Of a DNA stretch of 64,000 bases, positions 49,173 through 58,188 are shown in pieces. The stretch is taken from the UHGV virus genome UHGV-1455077. One strand, written 5' to 3'. This DNA comes from a virus. The translations under genes were made by a program, and so were the position numbers. The notes below the pieces were generated by a model, which was given only the letters and a program-made list of their open reading frames with translations, ran no database searches and was not told the origin of the DNA. Position 1 is the stretch's first letter; the number at the start of each line of letters is the position of its first letter.

Positions 49173-49421
49173 TTAATTACAATAATTTTTATGATTTGTT
49201 CTATAACAAGTTGATTTTGCCTTATAAGGTCTTCTTTCCAAGGTTACTTCCTTATATGTTTTTGGTTCATAAACTGTTCTATAAGTTGTATTACGATAAA
49301 TTACTTCAACTGGTTGAGATACTGTGTATGATTGTTCTCGACCATAATAACAATTATCACACATTGATGAACAAGCAGTTAATGCCAACACCAAACTAAA
49401 AATAGATAACAATTTCTTCAT
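49173..49421 (-). CDS. putative lipoprotein
   Basis: Lipobox MKKLLSIFSLVLALTAC|SSM. 82 aa. Confidence 0.5.
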   Translation of the reverse strand: MKKLLSIFSLVLALTACSSMCDNCYYGREQSYTVSQPVEVIYRNTTYRTVYEPKTYKEVTLERRPYKAKSTCYRTNHKNYCN

Positions 49422-49422
49422 A

Positions 49423-49665
49423 TTATTCTCCTTCTTTAACTTCTTCTACTTCTTCTGTTTTTGGCATTGTTCTATCTAAAAATGAAAACAAAAATAATGT
49501 TCCTTTTTCCAATGTTTCTGGACGAGAAGTATGTTTTCTAAAACCTTTTGTATAATGATTCCAACCTTTTCCTTCTACAAAATTATAGCAACGACCACTA
49601 TCTTTACGTTTTTGAACAACTTTTTTATGTTCAAGTTTCATACGATAAGTTTTTAATTTACCCAT
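49423..49665 (-). CDS. hypothetical small basic protein
   Basis: 80-aa ORF. Confidence 0.4.
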   Translation of the reverse strand: MGKLKTYRMKLEHKKVVQKRKDSGRCYNFVEGKGWNHYTKGFRKHTSRPETLEKGTLFLFSFLDRTMPKTEEVEEVKEGE

Positions 49666-49714
49666 TTATTTTTCTCCTAAAATATTTTTAATAATTGTAA
49701 CATACTATTTTAAT

Positions 49715-49966
49715 TTAATCAATTATATCAGCCAAAATCATTTGTAATCTTTTATATTGGCTCTCATATAAAAACATTGAACCGTCTTCTTGCCAATATT
49801 CTTTTACCCATTTTTTTAATTTTTTTATTAAATCTTTATCGGATTGATTAACTAATTTTCTAACATTAATTGATGTCAATTCATCTAAAAATTGTTGTGG
49901 ATTTTCATAATATTCAATGACTTTCATTCTTTCCATAAATATATCCTTTTTATGGAAATATATCAT
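49715..49966 (-). CDS. hypothetical small protein
   Basis: 83-aa ORF. Confidence 0.4.
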   Translation of the reverse strand: MIYFHKKDIFMERMKVIEYYENPQQFLDELTSINVRKLVNQSDKDLIKKLKKWVKEYWQEDGSMFLYESQYKRLQMILADIID

Positions 49967-49990
49967 TACATTTTTAAATTGTCAATAAAT

Positions 49991-51118
49991 TTACGATATT
50001 GATACTAAAAATAATGTATCATCATACGGAGTATTTTCTAATTCATTTGGTATATCAGGCATTATTTCAAAATCTAAATCATACTTATCTTTACATTGTA
50101 AATACATTAAAATTATCGTTAATGATGCTGTAATTAAATCATCGTGTCCTGAACCATTTGCTGAATATGATGTTGCCATCACAGATTTATTAGAAAAATT
50201 AGATAGTTCTGTTAAATAATCACGAGAAAAAATGTGAAATCTATTTGTTTCAAATAAAATTTTTAATTGTGAACAAGCTTTAGGTTTTGTAATTTTAGTA
50301 GTTGTAAACCCTTTTCTTTTATTACCAATTTCATTTATTAAAGTTGCTCTTTTAATATATGGTTGACCATATTGACTATCTTCAATTTGCTTTAATGCAC
50401 ATAAAAAACCTTCTGCTGACCCATTATTTTCTAAAGACCAATAAATTTCAGGATGCTTATTCCCTTTTTCTTTAATATTAATATACATCCAATCAGTTAA
50501 AACTTTCATTTTTTCAATTTGGTCATTTTGATTTAATTTATCAGATTTCCATTCAGCAACCTGTATAAATCCTGGAAATTCAAAAACTTGAATTGCCGCA
50601 AAATCTCCTGATAAACCCATAGATGTATCAATAGCAACCAAATATTTTTTCCAAGGTTTTAAATCTTGATAAAAACGTATATCTTCATCAACAACAAATT
50701 TATATGTAATTTTATTATTATCAATTTCTAAAATTTTTTGGCGTAAAATCATTGAATCAATTAAAGAATTTGATTTACCAATAAATTCACAATTATGAAC
50801 TAAAATATCATTAGCAAAAAATCTATTTCCATCTGAAACATTTAAAATATCATAAACATCTGTAACTTCACCTTGTTGAATATCTTTTATTTGTTCCAAA
50901 CCATTTTTTGTTAATATCCAATCATCAATTTTTAATTTATTTGCTTCTATACAAGTATATAAATCAATATATATATTATGGTCAGCGGTACAATTAATAA
51001 TATTACCGTTTTTTAATATAATATTTAATGTGGGCATTGATGGTATTTTTTTAATACCATCAAATTCTGCCCACCCATCTGGCGTTAAAATTTTATATTT
51101 TTTATTATTTTTTATCAT
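49991..51118 (-). CDS. terminase large subunit, C-terminal nuclease half, preceded by a 109-aa split-intein C fragment (IntC-TerL-C)
   Basis: Residues 1-109 carry intein block B (NCTADHNIY, the TxxH motif) and blocks F/G (GEVTDVYDILNVSDGNRFFANDILVHN|C). The extein CEFIGKSNSLIDSMIL aligns with T4 gp17 [16 protein letters not shown]. The downstream YLVAIDTSMGLSGDF is typical of the terminase nuclease domain. It has its own ATG, 11 nt after the RNase H stop. Confidence 0.8.
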   Translation of the reverse strand: MIKNNKKYKILTPDGWAEFDGIKKIPSMPTLNIILKNGNIINCTADHNIYIDLYTCIEANKLKIDDWILTKNGLEQIKDIQQGEVTDVYDILNVSDGNRFFANDILVHNCEFIGKSNSLIDSMILRQKILEIDNNKITYKFVVDEDIRFYQDLKPWKKYLVAIDTSMGLSGDFAAIQVFEFPGFIQVAEWKSDKLNQNDQIEKMKVLTDWMYINIKEKGNKHPEIYWSLENNGSAEGFLCALKQIEDSQYGQPYIKRATLINEIGNKRKGFTTTKITKPKACSQLKILFETNRFHIFSRDYLTELSNFSNKSVMATSYSANGSGHDDLITASLTIILMYLQCKDKYDLDFEIMPDIPNELENTPYDDTLFLVSIS

Positions 51119-51129
51119 TACTTTATTTA

Positions 51130-52185
51130 TTATCCTTTTGGATATGAACGACTAAAGTAACCAGTAAAAGTCGGAGCAATTTCCAAAAGTTTAGCAAGAT
51201 TCCATTTTGTTAAATATTGCATTAAACGTATACCAACCAAATCAATTTGTTGTGTTTTAACTGAATTCATTATATGATTATCAATATTACTTCTTAAATC
51301 ATCAGGAATTTCTCTTAAATCAATAATTTTTTTATTAAATTCATAACTTTCTTTAACAATATGCTTATTTCCTAAAGGGTCTTCCCAAGTTGAATTCATA
51401 AATGTTTGCCAATTATAACCTCTTTCTTTTCTATCAGCAAATGCATCTAAAATTCCAACAGTTTTTTTTGTTGATTTTTCTCTAATACCTGGATAAGCTG
51501 AAAAAATATTATCAGATTTATCACCACGAATACATTTTGTAAATAATGCATATTCAATCCAATCATCCATTGGAACTAATTTATCACCCTCTTTCCATAA
51601 CATATCAGTTCTTGATACCGAAATTTTACCATCTTTTAAAGTAAATTTCATTGGTAAATGTTTATCATCTGCTGTAAACATACAAGATTCAGTAATAATT
51701 CTATCATCCATTGTATTATAAATAATAACATTCTGATTAACTAATTGAACAAAGTCATTATCTGTTGAAACAATAATTACATTATCATTTGGATGTAATG
51801 CTATAAAACGAGCAATTAAATCATCAGCTTCTGCCTTTGGATAATCTAAAAATGATATATTTGTAGATTCTTTTAAAAATGGTATAAAATCCTTTTCAAA
51901 AATATCTTTTAATTCTTGTTCTTTTTGAATTTCATCAGGCGTTTTATCTTGTAAACGTTCAATACGATTTGCTTTATATTGTGGATAAATGTCTTTTCTC
52001 CAAGTTCCTTTACCATCAGCACAAATAATAGTATGTGTTGGCTTAAATTTATCACACGCTTTTTTAATCATATAAAACATTGTATGTAATAGCATACCTT
52101 TACGTAATTCATTATCCTTTTCCGTAATAGTATACATTGCTCTAAAAAATAAATTATAAATATCAATTAATATAAAAGTATTCAT
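51130..52185 (-). CDS. 5'-3' exonuclease / flap endonuclease (T4 RNase H-like)
   Basis: FILIDIYNLFFRAMY and ICADGKGTWRKDIYPQYKANR match the FEN/PolA 5'-nuclease N-terminal motifs (compare Taq LLVDGHHLAYRTF and FDAKAPSFRHEAYGGYKAGR). Confidence 0.85.
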   Translation of the reverse strand: MNTFILIDIYNLFFRAMYTITEKDNELRKGMLLHTMFYMIKKACDKFKPTHTIICADGKGTWRKDIYPQYKANRIERLQDKTPDEIQKEQELKDIFEKDFIPFLKESTNISFLDYPKAEADDLIARFIALHPNDNVIIVSTDNDFVQLVNQNVIIYNTMDDRIITESCMFTADDKHLPMKFTLKDGKISVSRTDMLWKEGDKLVPMDDWIEYALFTKCIRGDKSDNIFSAYPGIREKSTKKTVGILDAFADRKERGYNWQTFMNSTWEDPLGNKHIVKESYEFNKKIIDLREIPDDLRSNIDNHIMNSVKTQQIDLVGIRLMQYLTKWNLAKLLEIAPTFTGYFSRSYPKG

Positions 52186-52556
52186 TCGCCAATCTCACTA
52201 AAATCTTTATATTGTTGAGTATCTGTATCCCAAATACATTTTTTGGTTTTCATATCACCCATTTTTTCATTCATTAATGTATATGTATATTCATCTAATG
52301 GTATTAAATTAATAAGTTTTGCTTCCTCATTATGAATAACTTTATCTTCAATTGTAAAATAAAATTTAAAATTATTATTCTTACAATATTTTTTAAGAAT
52401 TTTTGCACATTCCGTAGTCATATCATCTTCAAATTCTTCTTCATTATTGTATTCATCCTGTTTTTCTTTCATCTGCAAACAAATTTCTGCTAATTCCTTT
52501 GTCATATCATCAATAATAATTTTTTCTTTTTCCATTATTTCCTTAAGTTCATTCAT
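52182..52556 (-). CDS. hypothetical acidic protein
   Basis: 124-aa ORF overlapping the RNase H start by 4 nt. Confidence 0.45.
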   Translation of the reverse strand: MNELKEIMEKEKIIIDDMTKELAEICLQMKEKQDEYNNEEEFEDDMTTECAKILKKYCKNNNFKFYFTIEDKVIHNEEAKLINLIPLDEYTYTLMNEKMGDMKTKKCIWDTDTQQYKDFSEIGE

Positions 52557-52561
52557 ATTTT

Positions 52562-53197
52562 TTATCCCATTAAAATTGTATTATCACCTAATTTTCGTTT
52601 TGTTAAATATCTTTTTTCTTCTTCTGACTCATTTTCATCAAGCATTGAAGTAATATCATCTAAATCCATATTTGCCATAAAAAACAATTTTAACCATTGT
52701 TCGGCAATTTCTTCATCTGTATCACCTGGAAGCCCTTTTTTACGCATATTACTAATAAATGTTTTATTATAAACAACTTCAACCATTAAATTATCAGGGT
52801 CATTCTGCTCATCATAATCAGTATGAATAGCTACCCACGGTTTTCCAAGTAAATCATTTTTTTCTTTGCAATAATCAATTTCACTAATTTTTTTATACTT
52901 ATGCTTTAAATCAATTTCATTTATTAATCTTTCAGTTTCAGGCTTATCAATATCTCTAATTTGAAGTAATTGATATTCATAATCAAAATCATCAATTTTA
53001 TTATATTTTTTTTGAATTTCTAATTTTCTTAACTTATAATCAGCTAATTCTTTTAAATTTTCAGATGGATAATCTAATTTCAATATTTCCATTTCCTTAT
53101 CATACCCATTTTCCATTTCATAATCAATTTTAGCATATTCTCTTGCCTTGCCTGTAAGTAATAATCCTTTAAATGTTAATCCAAATGGTATTTTCAT
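52562..53197 (-). CDS. hypothetical protein
   Basis: 211-aa ORF. Confidence 0.5.
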   Translation of the reverse strand: MKIPFGLTFKGLLLTGKAREYAKIDYEMENGYDKEMEILKLDYPSENLKELADYKLRKLEIQKKYNKIDDFDYEYQLLQIRDIDKPETERLINEIDLKHKYKKISEIDYCKEKNDLLGKPWVAIHTDYDEQNDPDNLMVEVVYNKTFISNMRKKGLPGDTDEEIAEQWLKLFFMANMDLDDITSMLDENESEEEKRYLTKRKLGDNTILMG

Positions 53198-53261
53198 TTA
53201 TAAATCCTTTTTATAATTGTTAACCAATTATAAAACAAAAATATTGAAAAATTCAATAATA

Positions 53262-53295
53262 AAAAACCTCTAAAAAATTTTAGAGGTTTTTTATT
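53262..53295 (-). terminator. terminator after the sheath gene
   Basis: AACCTCTAAAA-aa-TTTTAGAGGTT followed by TTTTTATTT. Confidence 0.65.
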
Positions 53296-53312
53296 TATTA
53301 TACTAATAAAAA

Positions 53313-56300
53313 TTAGCTATTACTACTTGATAATGCTCCAGTACGAACAATACGAATAGGAATATAAATTTGTTCAACACCTTTAACAATTTCAATAGCA
53401 ATTTCTGCCCACAATTCTTTACGACCAATTCTTTCAGAAGTATTAACTGAATTATCAGTAACTAATGTATAGTCATATAATTCATCTCTTGATACATAAT
53501 CATTTAAGATGCTTCTTAATGTTTTATCAAAATCACGTCTTAAAGCTTCTGTATTTGGTTGGAAGAAGAATGGTAAGCAAGCGGCATCTAATTCACGTTT
53601 TAATCTTAAAATAGTTAAGATTGCGTGTTCATCAGATAATGAAGATGAATAACTATTTTCAGTATTTTCACCCCAGAATAATAAACCTGTATTACGCTGT
53701 GGCATAATTGGGTTCATTGATTGAGCAACAATAACTTCACCCAAACTATCTCTAACTGTTACTGGTGCATATTCATTTTCATCTGTAATATAACCAACAG
53801 ATGCTAAATTCTTAACTTGACCATATTGAGTACCAGCGGCAAACATACCTCTTGGTAATACTAATAAGTTTTTCATTTTTGCAACTGAAGTTGGAACAGC
53901 AATATCTGAACCATCAACATTTGAAGTTAATCCCATTGGTGGATATTGACGTGTGATATAAGGACTTCTAATAACACGACCATCTAAACCGTGTGCTGAT
54001 GCATTATTTTGATTTGAACCCCAAGCAATAATATCATTAGCTTTTGGAGCTAATCTTGCTGGAGAATCACTGACAATATAGAACATTTCTTTTTTATCAG
54101 TATTCAAACTAATTAATTCATCATCCAATTCTGGATAACCTGTACAAGTTGCAAAGAAGAAGTCATAATCTTGAGAACGAATTTCATCATTAGAATTAAT
54201 AGCTTCTGCTAATGCTTTTATAATCATTGCTCTTTGAGCTTTTCGACCAAATAATCCTGCTCCATCAGTTGAATTACCTGAAATTGTTGCCCAACGAGTT
54301 GTTTTTGGGTTTGTTGAAGAACCTGGTGTTGGGAAATCTTTAGAAGCACCAACAGTAAATGTTCCACCTAATTCCTTAACAGCATTTTGATATTCATTTG
54401 TCATTTCTTTAACATTATTTGTTGAGTATAATGTATTGAATAACAACATACCAGCGGCATATGTTTGAGGATTTGGACAGTTAGGGTCAACATAATCTGA
54501 AATTAATAAATCTTCTGATTTTGTTGAAAATGGTGTATGAGTTGAATCTGCATAAGCAGGGCCTGCATTCTCACGTGCATCTGCAAATACAACGCCTAAA
54601 GGTGTAGTTTGGTCAGTATTATCAACTAATTCCCATTCACCTTCATAATATCTATACATTGTTGGATATTCATTTGCGGCTGTATCAATCCATAAATCAT
54701 ATTCTTGTAAAGCAGAACCATCTGCGTGTTGTGTTGGCTGTTCAGAAGTTACAAAAATGTCTGCACATTCGTACATATTTTTATAACCTTTCCATTCATC
54801 ACCATCATTAACCATAATATCAACATTTAATGCATCATTAAACCATAATGTACCATCTGTTGCAATTTCAGTTGGTTCAACAGCACTTGCAATATAAGTT
54901 GGTTCACTCCATTTTCCTAATTCTCCAGAAGCAATACCAACAGTTTCTAAGATTTTACCATCGGCAACATCTTGGAAATCAATAGTATTACCTGTTGAAG
55001 AAACTAATCTTAAATAACCTTCAGTTGTTACATCAGCAACAATTGTTGGAATTTTAGCATTATTAATTGCTTTAGCTAAATATTCGACTGTTGTTCCATA
55101 AGCTCTAATTGTATAAGTTTTAACTTCTGTTCCAATTAAAGTTCTAATTGTAAATGCTTCTCCTGATGTAATTGTTGGATTTGAAACTGTACCAACAACT
55201 TTTAATCCTAATGAACCATATTGTGCTAATCTTGTTTCTGCTAAACCTTCATTATCATATTTAACAATGATTGAACCAGAATTTAAAGAAGCACCTAAAA
55301 CTCTTTCAGCTTCAATAAATGAGCCATACATTGGCATTTTAATTGTTTTCCAAGAATCATTAGTTGAATTATATTGTTTCATAATATAATTTACACCATT
55401 ATTTGGTTCTGTTGTTTTAACCCAAATTGAACCTTGTACTGAACCATTTGGAACTTGAGAATGAGTTTTATGAACTAATGAAACGGCATTAACAACTGCT
55501 TCATCACCATTCATTACAAAACCTAAAGTTTCTAATGCTTTTCTTGAATCTTGAGTAATAGTTAATAAAGTTGCTGTATTTTTAATAACCAATGCATTAT
55601 TTTCATTGATTGCAACAATATTTTCAATTGATGCATTATTAATATCTTTAACAGCATCATCAATTTTTGTAGTTGATGATACACCACTTAATGTTACTTC
55701 TGTACCATTAATTGTAATTTTAGCTCCTGTATCATAAGTTCCATTTGCTTTACCTTTAGCACTTGAAGGGAATTGTAACATCCATTCATTTGAACCTAAT
55801 TCATACCATTCACTTGCAATATTTTCATAAATAACTTGTTTATTTCCTGATGTAACAACAGCAATATCATTATTTGCACCGTATGTTCCAAGAGGTTTAC
55901 CATCTTCACCAATTTCATTTTCTGATGGAATTAATACATTTTCAATTTTATCCCAAGCTAAAGCAGGACGAGAATTACCATTTGCTCTAAATAAACCATA
56001 TGAAGTTTCCGCAGTATCAAACCATAATGTTTGATTTGGAACGTTACTTGTTGGTTCTGCTTGAGTTGCCTGTAATTGTTTTAAGTCAATATCAGCTCTA
56101 AGTGCATATGCTAAAGATGAACTTCCTAAAGCACTATACAAAGCGTATAAACCAACTTCATTTAATTCATCACCTTGTTGAACTGTTCCATCATTTGTTG
56201 TATAATTTGGTATACCATATGTATCAGTAACATCTTTTTGTGAAGTCATAACAAGTAATTCATTAGCAACTGATTTTGAGGTACCAGGTGCAATTTCACC

Positions 56301-56426
56301 TGTACTTTCGTCAATAACTTTATCTTGTTCTGTCGCAAAGATATAAAGAGGAATTATCGGAGAAACACCTGTTCCATATGATGATTCATCTGTTATTTCA
56401 ATGTGAGATTTTGCTAATTCTGACAT
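53313..56426 (-). CDS. tail sheath protein (gp18-like, extended to 1037 aa)
   Basis: The C-terminal region (FFATCTGYPELDDE...LLFWGENTENSYS...LRLKRELDAACLPFFFQPN...YIPIRIV) corresponds to the conserved C-terminal domain of T4 gp18. Extra insertion domains are common in sheath proteins. Confidence 0.8.
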   Translation of the reverse strand: MSELAKSHIEITDESSYGTGVSPIIPLYIFATEQDKVIDESTGEIAPGTSKSVANELLVMTSQKDVTDTYGIPNYTTNDGTVQQGDELNEVGLYALYSALGSSSLAYALRADIDLKQLQATQAEPTSNVPNQTLWFDTAETSYGLFRANGNSRPALAWDKIENVLIPSENEIGEDGKPLGTYGANNDIAVVTSGNKQVIYENIASEWYELGSNEWMLQFPSSAKGKANGTYDTGAKITINGTEVTLSGVSSTTKIDDAVKDINNASIENIVAINENNALVIKNTATLLTITQDSRKALETLGFVMNGDEAVVNAVSLVHKTHSQVPNGSVQGSIWVKTTEPNNGVNYIMKQYNSTNDSWKTIKMPMYGSFIEAERVLGASLNSGSIIVKYDNEGLAETRLAQYGSLGLKVVGTVSNPTITSGEAFTIRTLIGTEVKTYTIRAYGTTVEYLAKAINNAKIPTIVADVTTEGYLRLVSSTGNTIDFQDVADGKILETVGIASGELGKWSEPTYIASAVEPTEIATDGTLWFNDALNVDIMVNDGDEWKGYKNMYECADIFVTSEQPTQHADGSALQEYDLWIDTAANEYPTMYRYYEGEWELVDNTDQTTPLGVVFADARENAGPAYADSTHTPFSTKSEDLLISDYVDPNCPNPQTYAAGMLLFNTLYSTNNVKEMTNEYQNAVKELGGTFTVGASKDFPTPGSSTNPKTTRWATISGNSTDGAGLFGRKAQRAMIIKALAEAINSNDEIRSQDYDFFFATCTGYPELDDELISLNTDKKEMFYIVSDSPARLAPKANDIIAWGSNQNNASAHGLDGRVIRSPYITRQYPPMGLTSNVDGSDIAVPTSVAKMKNLLVLPRGMFAAGTQYGQVKNLASVGYITDENEYAPVTVRDSLGEVIVAQSMNPIMPQRNTGLLFWGENTENSYSSSLSDEHAILTILRLKRELDAACLPFFFQPNTEALRRDFDKTLRSILNDYVSRDELYDYTLVTDNSVNTSERIGRKELWAEIAIEIVKGVEQIYIPIRIVRTGALSSSNS

Positions 56427-56503
56427 ATTTTCACTCCTATTAAATTAAATTATTTTTATTGTAAAAATAATTATAAAAACTTGTCTAAAAGTCTTTACAT
56501 ATA

Positions 56504-56533
56504 TTTATGAAATAGGGTAAAAATAAAGGGGTA
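56504..56533 (+). promoter_or_regulatory. sigma70-like promoter (TTTACA -N18- TAAAAT)
   Basis: Upstream of the leader hairpin and the gene at 56594. Confidence 0.35.
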
Positions 56534-56550
56534 AACACATAACGAAATAA

Positions 56551-56581
56551 TTTGAAAGATATTTATTAAATATCTTTCAAA
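56551..56581 (+). promoter_or_regulatory. perfect 15-bp-stem inverted repeat in the 5' leader, abutting the RBS
   Basis: TTTGAAAGATATTTA-t-TAAATATCTTTCAAA ends where RBS AGAGGA begins. No T-run follows, so it is not a terminator. A covarying copy precedes the paralog at 63768..63796. Confidence 0.55.
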
Positions 56582-56593
56582 GAGGATTTTATT

Positions 56594-57010
56594 ATGACTG
56601 ATATTAGTAAAATAAACATAGAAAGAATCAATGAGTTATCAACGAAATTAGATAATTTTAATACACAAATTAATAATATTAATTCAAAAATAAATTCAAT
56701 GAAATATGTTATTGATGCTAATTCTGATGGTAATCGTTGGTACCGAAAATGGAATGATGGATTTATTGAACAAGGCGGAAATAATATTATAAATTTAAAT
56801 AATGCTAATGAAGGAACAATTACATTTTTAACTCCATTTAATACTACTTCTTATATACCTCAAATAACTGTATATAATAGTAATGGTTCTTGGGTTTATG
56901 GTTGGATTAAATGGGATTCACGAACAAAAAATAATTTTATTTATTTTACTGCTGGTAGTAGAGCTGGTGATACTTCTAATGGAGCTTTTTGGTATGCTTA
57001 TGGATATTAA
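56594..57010 (+). CDS. hypothetical protein, paralog family A (N-term M-DISKI-N-RIN ... WY-KW-DGFIEQGG)
   Basis: 138 aa. A paralog begins at 63807 with the same N-terminal pattern. The stop overlaps the TerL-N stop (TTAA). Confidence 0.55.
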   Translation: MTDISKINIERINELSTKLDNFNTQINNINSKINSMKYVIDANSDGNRWYRKWNDGFIEQGGNNIINLNNANEGTITFLTPFNTTSYIPQITVYNSNGSWVYGWIKWDSRTKNNFIYFTAGSRAGDTSNGAFWYAYGY

Positions 57011-58083
57011 TAATATTCATATAACATTTCAAGAGAAAGACTTCTTATATATCCTTTTTCATCCATAATTTGCACAATATTATTTCCACCAATACAATTA
57101 TATTCTCGTTCAAAACGTTCAGCACCAACTTTTTTAATTTCAGCTTTTGCCCAATTTTCATCTTTTAATGGGCAAGCATCCCATCTAACTAATTGACTTT
57201 GAAATCCATTATTTCCATATGATTTTTTTGGAACAACATTAACAATTGTATTTTCATCTCTTAATGATTTAGCATATTCTTCTGCTTGGTCTTTATCTTT
57301 AAATAAATGAAAATCTCTATATAATTCACCATTAATTTCTAATATATAATCATCTGGTATATTCATTCCATAATCATCAATTTTGTTTTTAGCTCCTGAC
57401 CATAATCTAAAAAATAAATCTGTTTCAGAAATAGGAGTTGAAGTAATAAACAATTTACCTTGTGTAGCTGATAATGTTGGTGATAATGCACCATAAAATT
57501 CTTCTTGTTTCTCTAAAGCTTTATCTCCAGAATCTTGTACACCAATAAAAGCAAACTCATCACAATAAACAATTGCAGGAGAAATACCACGGGGAGCTTT
57601 AATAGTTGATGGTCTTACGTGAATTTCAGACCCATTATCAAAAACCATTTTTGATTTGTTATCTTCTTTTAATCCTTTCTTCAAAAAATCAGGACAATTT
57701 TCATACACACCTTTTATTTTTCCGAGGTTTTCCGATGCGGCACGCAAATCTTGAGCAGTTACCAAAATAATTTTATTATTAAATACCATTGCGTACCAAA
57801 GTAAATAAATGGCTGTTGTAATTGTTTTACCATTCTGACGAGAAAATAAAGAAATTAAAGAATGGTAATTATGCATATTAAACATCATTTCTCGTTGATA
57901 ATCAAATGGAATATATTGTTCCAAACCATTTCTATTAACCCAACAACAATGTTCGGCAAAAAACAACGCCCCATTAATTGGGTCATAAACTTTACGATAA
58001 ACCATTTTTTGAACATCTGTCATCTTTTTAAATGGTTTTGTTTTTTTAATAACACCAGTACCTTGAGGTAAAACAATTTTCAT
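57007..58083 (-). CDS. terminase large subunit, N-terminal ATPase half, ending in a 29-aa split-intein N fragment (TerL-N-IntN)
   Basis: Walker A SRQNGKT matches T4 gp17 SRQLGKT, and Walker B IVYCDEFAF matches T4 MLYIDECAF. FDYQREM aligns with T4 LADYQRDM. The extein end ...AERFEREYN aligns with T4 ...AQFRQEHTA. The final 29 aa, CIGGNNIVQIMDEKGYIRSLSLEMLYEYY, form intein block A (Cys1 plus hydrophobic strands). The ORF track extends to 58170, but the ATG at 58083 has RBS AAAGGAAAAATT. Confidence 0.8.
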   Translation of the reverse strand: MKIVLPQGTGVIKKTKPFKKMTDVQKMVYRKVYDPINGALFFAEHCCWVNRNGLEQYIPFDYQREMMFNMHNYHSLISLFSRQNGKTITTAIYLLWYAMVFNNKIILVTAQDLRAASENLGKIKGVYENCPDFLKKGLKEDNKSKMVFDNGSEIHVRPSTIKAPRGISPAIVYCDEFAFIGVQDSGDKALEKQEEFYGALSPTLSATQGKLFITSTPISETDLFFRLWSGAKNKIDDYGMNIPDDYILEINGELYRDFHLFKDKDQAEEYAKSLRDENTIVNVVPKKSYGNNGFQSQLVRWDACPLKDENWAKAEIKKVGAERFEREYNCIGGNNIVQIMDEKGYIRSLSLEMLYEYY

Positions 58084-58103
58084 AATTTTTCCTTTATTAA
58101 AAT

Positions 58104-58111
58104 TATTTATA
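58104..58111 (-). promoter_or_regulatory. late-promoter-like motif TATAAATA upstream of TerL-N
   Basis: Minus strand reads CGAATATAAATAATTT, 20 nt before the ATG at 58083. Confidence 0.35.
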
Positions 58112-58149
58112 TTCGCATATTTATAAAATATCTTGTTTTCAGTTTTACA

Positions 58150-58157
58150 ATAAATAT
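58150..58157 (+). promoter_or_regulatory. late-promoter-like motif ATAAATAT
   Basis: 31 nt before the ATG at 58189. Confidence 0.35.
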
Positions 58158-58188
58158 TCTTATAAAACATAGAAATATAAGGTTGATT

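Noticed and set aside
49423-49665. Ribosomal-protein-like basic 80-aa ORF
   Set aside because: The resemblance is only compositional (K/R-rich) and no family motif was recognised.
52447-52653. Small plus-strand ORFs opposite minus-strand genes (52447..52653, 57862..58071, 59688..59909, 61913..62098, 46201..46428 and others)
   Set aside because: They lie fully inside longer, better-supported genes on the other strand and lack an RBS.
58084-58170. Longer TerL-N start at 58170 (MFYKNIY...)
   Set aside because: No Shine-Dalgarno sequence precedes it. The ATG at 58083 follows AAAGGAAAAATT. The 5' boundary remains uncertain.
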